From Patescibacteria group bacterium (GTDB lineage Bacteria; Patescibacteriota; Patescibacteriia; JAHIZJ01), in assembly GCA_041650335.1 (NCBI GenBank), contig JBAZLK010000006.1, positions 5,788 through 69,787 of the forward strand: DNA of 64,000 nt. The letters are read 5' to 3'. How positions within the stretch are numbered: position 1 is the first letter of the stretch; each line of letters opens with the position of its first letter. Positions 10,222 to 19,325 of the stretch are shown here, in pieces. A program made the translations under genes and the position numbers. A model generated the notes under the pieces. The model made no database searches. It saw only the letters and a program-made list of their open reading frames with translations, and was not told the origin of the DNA.

Positions 10222-10447
10222 CATTCCAGCCCCTGGCGATTGGCGAAAGCAATGACGCCTTTGTCAGCGGGCCGGAATCTATGCTAAGGGAACGCACATT
10301 CGCTGATCGGTCAACGAAACTGTACGCCGAAAGAGCTTCCCGGCTCAGCATGATGAGAACCGAGCGCGTTGACCGCCGTTCACGACGGACAGGCTGCCTG
10401 ATCATTGACCACGGCGCGTGGTCTTTGTCGAGCCTGCCCGATTTTTT
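10222..10447 (+). ncRNA. candidate stand-alone structured RNA, family unknown
   Basis: Follows consensus promoter; stems ATTCCAGCCC/GGGCCGGAAT, CGGTCAACG/CGTTGACCG, CGGACAGGCT/AGCCTGCCCG followed by T-tract. Confidence 0.55.
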
Positions 10448-10518
10448 ATGCATATCAGTAAATCAGATCGGAATGATAATAAAAAGGCGAGAGTAAGATT
10501 TATTTTTCTTGATGCTTT

Positions 10519-10548
10519 ACAAATGCCGGGTCGGCACCCGGCATTTGT
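10519..10548. terminator. perfect hairpin between convergent units
   Basis: ACAAATGCCGGGT-CGGC-ACCCGGCATTTGT. Confidence 0.7.
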
Positions 10549-10580
10549 TATTTCACGAATTTTTGTGCGGCAATAAGAAG

Positions 10581-12032
10581 TTATGGCTGTTCGGGCGGTG
10601 CCTCCTTGGTCGGAAAAACAACCTCGCGATTCATGGTCATCACGGTTTTCGGCCGGTTATGGAAAGCATCGGGTGAAAGTAGGTCCTCCACCAGCGTGCC
10701 CTTGTCGAACGTACCGATGTGGATACCAGCGCCAGCGGCAGCCGCTTGTTGAAGCATTTCTTTTTTATAGACCGCGGCAGCCAATGCGAGCGAAGAACCC
10801 GTATGACCGCGCAAAATCTCCATCACCCTTCCTTTCGGTGGCCATTCGTTGAGAAGATGCATCTCTTCCATCCAACCGCTGAGTGAGCGCAATTCGTCAT
10901 TTGAATACCGGCTGGCCAGTCCAAGTCGTTGTAATACTGCTCCAATCTGTTGCGCGCCGCGGCCGAGATGGAATAGCGGTACAGTCTGAAAGGCGAAACG
11001 GACCTGTTCGCGTTCTGGATTTTGCCGGCTGAGCTCTTTTTCAGCCGTATCGATCGCATAAAGGGCTTCCGGCCGACCCGTTTGAATATAGGTGTGACCA
11101 GTGACGCCAGCCGTATCGAGCGCACCAAGAATATTTCTTATAGCTGCGCTGTTTTCGCTTGATACCTTGAAGTGGAGAAAAAGCTTAAGTCCGCGCCGGG
11201 CGTTCCGTGGAGCGTGCGGATCTGCCGGCAGGAGTTCGCGAATAGTATCAAGCAGGGTGGCCAGGGCCGGCGCCTGCTCCAACGCTTTTTTGCTATGCGC
11301 GTGCGTGACAACCGGCTCGCCGTCTTTATTTAAACGCACATCAAATTCAAATCCACCGATTCCTTGTTGCAAGTTTTCGCCGATTTCTTCAACGCGATAG
11401 GCGGGGTCTTTCAGGACAAATTTCGCGAGCAAACCGAGCGATCCGAGCTGATCAAGTTTCTCAGCGACTTTTTCTGTTGAAGCGCCGAAAAGGCGTTTTC
11501 GTAACGGTTCAAAACTGCCACGGTGGAGGATGACCCGTCGTCGTGGCAGGTATTCCTGGACCATACGTTTCAGAACGGTACGCTGTGTACGTCGGATGAT
11601 AGTCTCGGCGATCGATGAAAAATCCGAAGCGAGATTCGGCAGGGCGTCGGGTAATTCAGTTAATAGATGATTGGCGCGCTCGCCAAGTTTTTCAAAAGAA
11701 AAACCCTGCCTGAGCGTTTCATCCAGCGCCTCGGCGATCGGACGAAGTTCTTCGCCGGTAACGCCATACCGCTCCTTGATATCCGACCACGATAGAAAAA
11801 CTTCTTTTCCTTCGCTATCGTATGTGCCCGAGCCGAAGCGCATATCGGCGCAGTAGGCGTCAGGATCGTTCCGAAGCAATTCAAGCTCTTCGGAGAGTAC
11901 CGCGGTATAGTGATCTTGCTGGTGCTCACGGAACCACGCAGGTAAATGGGGCGTCTCCGGAGAAGGATTGCCGGCTTTTTTTAATACGTCACCCTCTCTT
12001 GGCTGCCAAGATGGTTCGCCGGTTTCTTTCAT
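10581..12032 (-). CDS. glycerophosphodiester phosphodiesterase-like domain protein with N-terminal extension
   Basis: VILHRGS and GFEFDVRLNKDGEPVVTH match GDPD HRG, E-x-D and His motifs. Confidence 0.55.
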   Translation of the reverse strand: MKETGEPSWQPREGDVLKKAGNPSPETPHLPAWFREHQQDHYTAVLSEELELLRNDPDAYCADMRFGSGTYDSEGKEVFLSWSDIKERYGVTGEELRPIAEALDETLRQGFSFEKLGERANHLLTELPDALPNLASDFSSIAETIIRRTQRTVLKRMVQEYLPRRRVILHRGSFEPLRKRLFGASTEKVAEKLDQLGSLGLLAKFVLKDPAYRVEEIGENLQQGIGGFEFDVRLNKDGEPVVTHAHSKKALEQAPALATLLDTIRELLPADPHAPRNARRGLKLFLHFKVSSENSAAIRNILGALDTAGVTGHTYIQTGRPEALYAIDTAEKELSRQNPEREQVRFAFQTVPLFHLGRGAQQIGAVLQRLGLASRYSNDELRSLSGWMEEMHLLNEWPPKGRVMEILRGHTGSSLALAAAVYKKEMLQQAAAAGAGIHIGTFDKGTLVEDLLSPDAFHNRPKTVMTMNREVVFPTKEAPPEQP

Positions 12033-12077
12033 AATATGATAATAATGTCGACGCAGCCCAATATTGAATTCATATAC

Positions 12078-12243
12078 TACTGGTGCCCTCGGAGGGAATC
12101 GTGTCCTGGGCAGCGGCGGACTTGCCACCGGCAACTCCGTCGGCGTCTCGCAGCGCCCTTCGGGCGAGCTCACTGCTGCCCGTTCGATTCTTAAACCCAC
12201 TTTTCTTCAATAGCACTTACTATATTTGTGTCATTGCCCTTAC
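12078..12243 (-). repeat. duplicated tRNA-Arg 3' end with GC-rich palindromic spacer (mini-element)
   Basis: TACTGGTGCCCTCGGAGGGAATCG at 12078-12101 and 12241-12264. Confidence 0.8.
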
Positions 12244-12318
12244 TGGTGCCCTCGGAGGGAATCGAACCCCCATCACTGGTTCCGAAGACCAGCGCATTAT
12301 CCATTATGCTACGAGGGC
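12244..12318 (-). tRNA. tRNA-Arg(TCG)
   Basis: GCCCTCGTAGCATAATGGATAATGCGCTGGT-CTTCGGA-ACCAG...GTTCGATTCCCTCCGAGGGCACCA. Confidence 0.95.
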
Positions 12319-12418
12319 AAAATTCAGCCGCAAAATAAGCAGCAAATCACGCTCACATTTGCCAATACGAGAAAGAATGCCTCCTCCTATTGGATTGAAA
12401 GCTTATGCAAAGGCCGTT

Positions 12419-12784
12419 TTAGGCGGCGGGCGGCGTCGGAGTCGGTTCGGCGGGCGGCGGTGTTGCCGCCGGTGGACTGGCTGGCTCAGTCGCGGCTGGC
12501 GCGCTACCTTGTTTCAAGGCGTCTTTCAGGGCTTTACCGGCCTTAAATTTCGGCACGGTCACAGTCGGGATTTTGATCCGTTCGGACGGATTTTGCGGGT
12601 TGACGCCCATGCGCGCGTGACGTTCTTTGGCCAGAAACGTGCCGAAGCCAGTCAGCGTTACTTCACCGCCGGCCCGGAGCGTTTCATAAGTGATGTCTTC
12701 GAACGCCTGCATCACGTCTTCGGCCTGCTTTTTTGTGACGTGGGCTTTTTCCGCCAATTTTTCCATGAGTTCGGCTTTGTTCAT
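12419..12784 (-). CDS. hup: HU family DNA-binding protein with Pro/Ala-rich tail
   Basis: MNKAELM, GFGTF, RMGVNPQ, PKFKAGKALKD; strong SD AAAGGAGGTGA. Confidence 0.95.
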   Translation of the reverse strand: MNKAELMEKLAEKAHVTKKQAEDVMQAFEDITYETLRAGGEVTLTGFGTFLAKERHARMGVNPQNPSERIKIPTVTVPKFKAGKALKDALKQGSAPAATEPASPPAATPPPAEPTPTPPAA

Positions 12785-12822
12785 ATGTGTTGGTCACCTC
12801 CTTTCAAAGGTGTATATATTTA

Positions 12823-13635
12823 TTATACGTCGACTTCTTGATGAATTGATTCGATTGAGAGGGCGTGACTCGTTTTCGGGTCGACTTTTACGACAATTCC
12901 ATTGATGCTGACCAGTCCGTTTTCCGGTATTGTGTGAGTGAAGGGTTGTTGGGTCAGAAATGATTTGATAATTTCATCTTTGTCCTCGCCGAGCACCGAA
13001 TCCTTCAGCCCGATCATTCCGACATCGGTGATATAGGCGGTACCCCGGGGCAGAATTCGTGCGTCGGCCGTGGGAATGTGGGTGTGGGTGCCAAAGACTA
13101 GGGAGGCCCGCCCATCCGCGTACCAGCCGAGCGAGACGGCTTCGGATGTGGCTTCAGAGTGGATGTCAACAATGATCGCATGCGGCTTCTTCGATTCATA
13201 TTCCTTTAGGATCGCGTCGAGCGTCCGAAAGGGATCGTCAAAATTCTCAGTGAAGAAGACGCGGCCGTTCAGATTGATCACGAGGATGTGTTTCGTACCG
13301 ACGGTCAGCAGACGGCTGCCGACGCCCGGCGTACCCGGTGGGTAGTTGGCTGGTCGGAGCAAGACCGGTTCAGGTTTTGTCAGCAGGTCAATCACCTCTT
13401 TTTTCTTGAAGACATGATTGCCAGAGGTGAAGAAATCGACGCCAGCCGCTTGGCACTCGGCGAGCGTTTTTTCAGTCACACCGACACCATGGGCGATGTT
13501 CTCGGCGTTCGCGATGACCAGGTCGGGATCGTATTTTTTTCGAAGCGCTGGAATGACCTGAGCGAGCGCGGCTCGGCCGGGCCGGCCAAAAACGTCGCCG
13601 AAAATCAAGAATGTGAGCGGTCGGCTAGCGGGCAT
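12823..13635 (-). CDS. ymdB: YmdB/TIGR00282 metallophosphoesterase
   Basis: GDVFGRPG, NAEN, TSGNH, GTHTHIPTAD, TDVGMIG; adjacent to rny. Confidence 0.9.
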   Translation of the reverse strand: MPASRPLTFLIFGDVFGRPGRAALAQVIPALRKKYDPDLVIANAENIAHGVGVTEKTLAECQAAGVDFFTSGNHVFKKKEVIDLLTKPEPVLLRPANYPPGTPGVGSRLLTVGTKHILVINLNGRVFFTENFDDPFRTLDAILKEYESKKPHAIIVDIHSEATSEAVSLGWYADGRASLVFGTHTHIPTADARILPRGTAYITDVGMIGLKDSVLGEDKDEIIKSFLTQQPFTHTIPENGLVSINGIVVKVDPKTSHALSIESIHQEVDV

Positions 13636-15151
13636 ATTCGGTCACCCGTTTTTCACGGATCAAGTTGACCTTTATTTCACCGGGGTAACGGAGCTCTTCC
13701 TCGATTCGGTTGGCGATATCGCGAGCGAGCTGTTCAGCCTTCAGGTCGTCGATTTCGTCAGGTTTTACGAAGACGCGGATTTCGCGGCCGGCCTGGATGG
13801 CGTAGGATTTATCGACACCGGGAAAGGTATTGGCCACACCCTCGAGCTCGTTCAAGCGTTGGAGGTAGTTTTCATAGGTATCTTTGCGGGCTCCGAACCG
13901 GGCACCCGAGATGGCATCGGCCACTTTGCAGATAATCCCTTCAAGTGTTTTTGGCGCATCCTCGTGGTGAGCCAGGGCGAGATAGGACACGTCTTCCGGC
14001 AGGTTGAACTTGCGCATGATGTCGTAGCCGATCTGCGGATGACTGCCCTGGACTTCGTGATCGATCGCCTTGCCGATATCGTGGAAGAGACCACCTTTTT
14101 TACAGACTGAAACGTTCGCGCCAAGCTCTGAAGCTAACATGCCGGAGAGTAAGGCGACTTCGATCGAGTGTTTTAAGACATTCTGGCCATAGCTGGTTCG
14201 GTATTTCAACCGGCCGAGCAGCTGGACTAATTTCGGATCAAGTCCGGCCACGCCGACCTCATAAACTGCTTCTTCGCCCGCTTCCTTGATATCCCGGGCC
14301 AGCTCTTTCTTTGCCTGTTCGACTGTTTCTTCGATCCGGGCAGGGTGGATGCGGCCGTCCTGAATGAGTTTTTCCAGAGCGCGCTTCGCCAGGTGGCGCC
14401 GGATCGGATTGAAGCCCGAAACCAGGATTACCTCGGGCGTGTCGTCGACGATAATTTCCACGCCGGTCAACTGCTCGATTACTTTTATGTTTCGGCCTTC
14501 GCGGCCGATGATCCGGCCCTTCATTTCGTCGGAGGGCAATGAGACCGACGTTGTCGTTGTTTCGGCCGCATGCGATGAAGCACAACGCTGGATCACAACG
14601 CTGAGCAGATTGCGGGCCTCGTTCTCGATTTCCTCCTGGCCCTGCTGCTTCACCTTTTTAATGCGCTGGAGAATGTCGTCTTTTATCTCTTGTTCGGTCT
14701 TGTCGAGAAGATGGCGCTTGGCTTCATCAACGGACATACCCGAAACTTTCTGCAATTGTTCAAGTTGGCTAGCCTTGATCTGTTCAATCTCTTTCTTGAT
14801 TGAATCAAGCCGCTGGGCGCGTTCATAAATCTTCTGCTGGCGACTCTCGAGTTCCAGCAGTTTCTGATCGAACATCGCTTCGCGTTTTTCGAGACGATCC
14901 TGGAGGCGGTGTGTTTCCTGGCCGCGCTTCGCTTCCTCGCGCTTCGCTTCGTCGATAATCTTAATCGCCCGATCCTTGGCCTCAAGGAGCAGTTCTTTCT
15001 GTTTGTTTTGCGCTTGCTTAATTAGTTCCTGAGCCTTGACTTCGGCTGAGTCTGCTTTTCGCGAGGCGAGTATTTTTTGGATCAAAAATCCGAGTGCGCC
15101 GCCAACTGCCAAACCAGCCACAATCAAGACACCTAATAGTGTCCCTGACAT
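13625..15151 (-). CDS. rny: ribonuclease Y
   Basis: N-terminal TM, coiled coil, KH MKGRIIGREGRNI, HD motif LFHDIGK, AIQAGREIRV. Confidence 0.97.
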   Translation of the reverse strand: MSGTLLGVLIVAGLAVGGALGFLIQKILASRKADSAEVKAQELIKQAQNKQKELLLEAKDRAIKIIDEAKREEAKRGQETHRLQDRLEKREAMFDQKLLELESRQQKIYERAQRLDSIKKEIEQIKASQLEQLQKVSGMSVDEAKRHLLDKTEQEIKDDILQRIKKVKQQGQEEIENEARNLLSVVIQRCASSHAAETTTTSVSLPSDEMKGRIIGREGRNIKVIEQLTGVEIIVDDTPEVILVSGFNPIRRHLAKRALEKLIQDGRIHPARIEETVEQAKKELARDIKEAGEEAVYEVGVAGLDPKLVQLLGRLKYRTSYGQNVLKHSIEVALLSGMLASELGANVSVCKKGGLFHDIGKAIDHEVQGSHPQIGYDIMRKFNLPEDVSYLALAHHEDAPKTLEGIICKVADAISGARFGARKDTYENYLQRLNELEGVANTFPGVDKSYAIQAGREIRVFVKPDEIDDLKAEQLARDIANRIEEELRYPGEIKVNLIREKRVTEYAR

Positions 15152-15291
15152 AGTGTTGTTCCGTTGTTAGTGAGTAAATACCGTACATATCGCCATAGTA
15201 TCACAGGGGCTAAGTCTAGGCAAGAAATCAGACCGGTTTATATGAAAACCGCGACGAAACCGCCGCGGCTTTCGGCTCTGTTTTGTCGAGC

Positions 15292-15870
15292 CTATTTTTT
15301 GATGATTTTGTCAACGATGCCGTAGGCGAGCGCTTCCTCGGCAGACATGAAGTAGTCCCGGTCGGTATCGTGTTCAATTTTCTTGAGTGTCTGGCTGGTA
15401 TGTTGGGCGAGGATTTTATTCAGGCGATCCTTTACCTTGATAATATGCCGGGCGCGAATATCAACATCGATCGCCTGACCTTCGGCGCCGCCCATGACCT
15501 GGTGGATGAGCACTTCGGCGTTTGGCAGGATGAAACGCTTGCCTTTCATGCCGGCGGCCAACAAGACGGCGGCCATGCTTGCGGCAATGCCGATGCAGAT
15601 CGTCGAAACCGGCGCCTTCACGTATTGCATCGTGTCGTAGATTGCCAGACCGGCCGTGACCGAACCGCCCGGCGAGTTCAGGTATACCTTGATTTCCTTA
15701 TTCTTATCCTCGCTCTCGAGGAACAGAAGCTGGGCCATGACGGAGTTGGCAACCGTATCGTCAATCGGCGAGCCGATGAAGACGATCCGGTCTTTCAGCA
15801 AGCGGGAGTAAATGTCATACGCTCGTTCGCCGAAATTAGATTTTTCGATAACTGTCGGTATGAGATACAT
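15292..15870 (-). CDS. clpP: ATP-dependent Clp protease proteolytic subunit
   Basis: [29 protein letters not shown]. Confidence 0.97.
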   Translation of the reverse strand: MYLIPTVIEKSNFGERAYDIYSRLLKDRIVFIGSPIDDTVANSVMAQLLFLESEDKNKEIKVYLNSPGGSVTAGLAIYDTMQYVKAPVSTICIGIAASMAAVLLAAGMKGKRFILPNAEVLIHQVMGGAEGQAIDVDIRARHIIKVKDRLNKILAQHTSQTLKKIEHDTDRDYFMSAEEALAYGIVDKIIKK

Positions 15871-15881
15871 AAAGTTTTTTT

Positions 15882-16027
15882 AAATTCTAATATCGAATTT
15901 CTAATGTCCCAAATTCAAATGTTCAAAATATCATGATGTTTAGAAAGCTTATTTGCATTGCGTTTTGGATTTTGGTCATTTGGATATTCGGATTTGTTTC
16001 GAAATTCGTGCTTCGGATTTCGTGCTT
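15882..16027. repeat. degenerate heptamer-repeat inverted element
   Basis: Left arm AAATTCT/AAATTCA-type units, right arm TTTGGAT/TTCGTGC-type units with ~7-nt period. Confidence 0.55.
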
Positions 16028-16070
16028 ATTCCAAAAGATTGCCCAGTCGTACAGATTATTATAATCCAAA

Positions 16071-17036
16071 CTATCTGACCTGCCAAGTATTTCCTTCCCG
16101 GACGAGCCGGCCGTGGAGCGTGAAGCCGGCCGCTTTCTTATGCCCGCCGCCGCCGAGACGCTCGGCTAGATTTGCGACGTTAATGCCAGGTTGGGTGCTG
16201 CGCAAGCTCCCTTTTATTACACTGTTCGGCTCTTCCTTCAAGACGAGAATCGCTTTTGGTCCGGCGAGATTATTGAGAAAATTCGCGATGCCCTCAGTTG
16301 CTTCTTCGTCCGCTTTTAGATCAATGAGGTCTTTTTGCAGAATGATCGTGGTAGAGAGGCCAAGGCGGGCGTTATGAGTTAAACGCGACAAGGCCAGGCC
16401 CCAGAGCCGCAAGGTCGGAAGCGATTTCGCGGTCGTCTGGCGAGTGATGGTTTTCAGGCGCGCTCCCCGCAAAAGCAGGTTCGATGAAATTTCAACAACC
16501 GAACGGGTCGTGTTCAGGTGGGCGAAACTCCCGGTATCGTAGACAATGCCCATGAGGAGGCAGGTGGCGACATTTTTGTCATAGGGGATGTTTTGCGTTT
16601 CAAAAAAGTGGTACAGGATTTCGGTGGTGGCGGCCGCCTCCGGCACAATGATATTGATCGTACCGAAGCGAAAATTCGTCGCGTGATGATCAATGTTGAT
16701 AAACATTTTTGTCTTTAATTCAGCCAGCAACGGCTCTGAGAAGGCCAGCATTTTCAGGTCGGCGAAATCAACCCCGATGACAAGGTCGTACTCGGCCAGC
16801 CGCAATTGCCCAAAATCAGCGCTGATCTCCGAAAAACCCGGCAAAAAAGCAAGCTGGGGTGATGGCGGCTTAGCCGTAAAGATGCGATAGCGTTTTCCGA
16901 GTGAGCGAAAATAATGTCCCAAGGCCAGACTGGCGCCGATGCTGTCGCCATCAGAATCTTTTGGATTTAAAACGAGGATGGCGCGGGCAGCCGTGATGGT
17001 GCGCTGTACAATATTCCAAAGCGCGGGGTCAACCAT
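16071..17036 (-). CDS. DHH/DHHA1 phosphoesterase (NrnA-like)
   Basis: DGDSIG, NIDHH, YDTGSF, GGGGHKKAAG. Confidence 0.9.
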   Translation of the reverse strand: MVDPALWNIVQRTITAARAILVLNPKDSDGDSIGASLALGHYFRSLGKRYRIFTAKPPSPQLAFLPGFSEISADFGQLRLAEYDLVIGVDFADLKMLAFSEPLLAELKTKMFINIDHHATNFRFGTINIIVPEAAATTEILYHFFETQNIPYDKNVATCLLMGIVYDTGSFAHLNTTRSVVEISSNLLLRGARLKTITRQTTAKSLPTLRLWGLALSRLTHNARLGLSTTIILQKDLIDLKADEEATEGIANFLNNLAGPKAILVLKEEPNSVIKGSLRSTQPGINVANLAERLGGGGHKKAAGFTLHGRLVREGNTWQVR

Positions 17037-17376
17037 GGCCTTTTTGAATTTGATCAAGCAGGCGCTCAATCCGGTCAGCGCGGTCTTCGGAGATATCAAG
17101 CTTCCAGGCGATCTTCGGGACAAACCGCATGACCAAGCGGTGATTTAATTGCGACTGGATGTCAGCGATATGGATGATAAGTTTATGGAGCACGGTCTTC
17201 GCTTGTTCGGGCGGATAGACCTTGATCCAGATCTTGGCGTGTTCTAAATCGACCGAGGTGTCCACCTTGCTCACCGTGACAAGACAATTCGCCGGGAATT
17301 CAATTTCCCGGGCCAGGAGAGTGCCGAGCTCAACGCGCAGGAGCTCGTTGACTTGCGCGATGCGTTTACTTGCCAC
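17029..17376 (-). CDS. rbfA: 30S ribosome-binding factor A
   Basis: VTVSKVDTSVDLEHAKIW, MRFVPKIAWKLD; follows infB. Confidence 0.9.
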   Translation of the reverse strand: MASKRIAQVNELLRVELGTLLAREIEFPANCLVTVSKVDTSVDLEHAKIWIKVYPPEQAKTVLHKLIIHIADIQSQLNHRLVMRFVPKIAWKLDISEDRADRIERLLDQIQKGHG

Positions 17377-17377
17377 G

Positions 17378-19168
17378 TTACGCGATAATAAGTTTTTTCT
17401 TGCGAATTTCTTCGCGGTATGACTGCAGGATGTCGCCGACGGCCGGCAGGGCTTGGAGCTTGAGCTTCAGTCCGCATTCGCGGCCAGCACCGACGTCTGC
17501 AACATTCTGTTTTTCCAGCTGAACCTGTTCGATCTTGCCGGTGGCGACGAGGGATTGGTTGTGAAGCAGGGCAACGCTGGTACCGGTGGCGATTTTTCCG
17601 CTCGTAACTTTTCCGCCCGCGATGACCAGCGGAAGCTTCTGGCGAAATATTGCCAAAACCTTTAGTTCGCCGAGCGTCTCGCGGATAACCTCTGGTTCGA
17701 GCATCTTCTCAAGTTCGGCGATGACAGTATTGATCAGATCATAAATGACCGTGAAGGTTTGAATCGTAAATTCTTGGCCCTTCGCGACGTCCGCTGCCTG
17801 CGGCGAGACCGCGACATGGAAGCCAAAAAGCATGGCTTGCGAAGCAGTCGCCCGAAGTACGTCAGCTTCGGTAATATTACCCAGGCCCTTCGCGACGACT
17901 TCAACGGAAGCCTCGTCACTCTTTATTTTTTTCAATGATTCGACGATCGCTTCGAGCGAGCCGAGTGTGTCAGCCTTGAGCACTAACGTGAGTTTTTTCA
18001 CCTTTGGCTTGGCCTCGCTCTCGCCCTTGTGTTGCTCGACGTCTTTTTTTGTAATATGGACTGTCGCCGTCGATGGTTTGTATGATTTCTGCTTCTTGAT
18101 TTTTGTCAGCTCTTTTTGATCGATCACGGTCAGGATGTCTCCGACCTTCGAAGCGGTTTTCAGACCGATTATTTCAACCGGCTGGGAGGGAATCGCTTTC
18201 GTTATCGGTTTGCCGAGATAGTCGCGCATGTCTCTGACCTTGCCGCCGATGGTCCCGCCAACGGTTATTAGATCATCGATTTTTAGCGTCCCGGTTTGGA
18301 TGACCACCGTGGCCACTGCGCCCCGGCCCTTGTCGATATGCGATTCGATTACAGTGCCGATTGCATTCCGTTCTGGGTTGGCCATCAGCACCTGCTTATT
18401 CATATCGGCCACCAGCAGAACAACATCGAGCAACTCGGTAATCCCCTGTTTTTGCTTGGCGGAAATTTCGCAGACAGGCACCTGACCGCCCCAGCCTTCG
18501 ACGAGAACGTTGTGGGCGGACAACTCTTGGCGAACCTTCTGCGGATTCGCTCCCGGCACATCCATTTTATTGATCGCCACAATCATCGGGAGCTGGGCTT
18601 CCTGCATGATGGTGATCGCCTCGATGGTTTGCGGCTTCACGCCGTCATCAGCGGCCACCACGAGGATGGCTAGATCCGCCACCCGGGCGCCACGCGAACG
18701 CATCGCGGTAAAGGCTTCATGTCCGGGGGTATCGATAAAAGTGATCCGTCGTCCCCGTTCAACCGCCTGATAGGCGCCGATGTGCTGGGTGATGCCGCCC
18801 GCTTCTTGATCAACAACATTTGTCTGACGGATAGCGTCGAGGAGCTTTGTTTTTCCATGATCAACGTGGCCCATGACAACCACCACGGGCGGTCGCGCCT
18901 GGAGCTGCTCCTGGGCTTCGGTGCCGACGAGAGCCTGCATTTTTTCAGCGTGTTCGTCGGTCTCACCTTTCAGAACAACCTCATAGCCCATATCCTGTCC
19001 GATGATGGCGGCGGTTTCAAAATCAATCCACTCGTTGAGCGACGACATCACGCCGCTTTTCATGAGCTGGGCAATAACATCAGTCACCGGCCGTTTCATT
19101 TTTTCGGCCAGCTCGCGGACGACGATCTTTGACGGTATTTCAATTTTGTTGGAATTCGTTGTTGCCAT
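17378..19168 (-). CDS. infB: translation initiation factor IF-2
   Basis: GHVDHGKT, DTPGHEAF, AINKMD. Confidence 0.97.
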   Translation of the reverse strand: MATTNSNKIEIPSKIVVRELAEKMKRPVTDVIAQLMKSGVMSSLNEWIDFETAAIIGQDMGYEVVLKGETDEHAEKMQALVGTEAQEQLQARPPVVVVMGHVDHGKTKLLDAIRQTNVVDQEAGGITQHIGAYQAVERGRRITFIDTPGHEAFTAMRSRGARVADLAILVVAADDGVKPQTIEAITIMQEAQLPMIVAINKMDVPGANPQKVRQELSAHNVLVEGWGGQVPVCEISAKQKQGITELLDVVLLVADMNKQVLMANPERNAIGTVIESHIDKGRGAVATVVIQTGTLKIDDLITVGGTIGGKVRDMRDYLGKPITKAIPSQPVEIIGLKTASKVGDILTVIDQKELTKIKKQKSYKPSTATVHITKKDVEQHKGESEAKPKVKKLTLVLKADTLGSLEAIVESLKKIKSDEASVEVVAKGLGNITEADVLRATASQAMLFGFHVAVSPQAADVAKGQEFTIQTFTVIYDLINTVIAELEKMLEPEVIRETLGELKVLAIFRQKLPLVIAGGKVTSGKIATGTSVALLHNQSLVATGKIEQVQLEKQNVADVGAGRECGLKLKLQALPAVGDILQSYREEIRKKKLIIA

Positions 19169-19325
19169 GGTTTGAAGACTTCCACGTATTCTACAGAGTA
19201 CCACCTTTTTTGTCAATATAAAAGCCCTGCGAGCGAATCGCAGGGGGGTGAGCGGTCGATTGACCGTGGTGCAGTTGACGATCAGGTCTTCGGATTCAGG
19301 CGGTGGGACGCGTCAGGTAGTGCGT

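Noticed and set aside
12083-12841. 252-aa plus-strand ORF
   Set aside because: Overlaps tRNA-Arg and HU on the opposite strand; no coding signature
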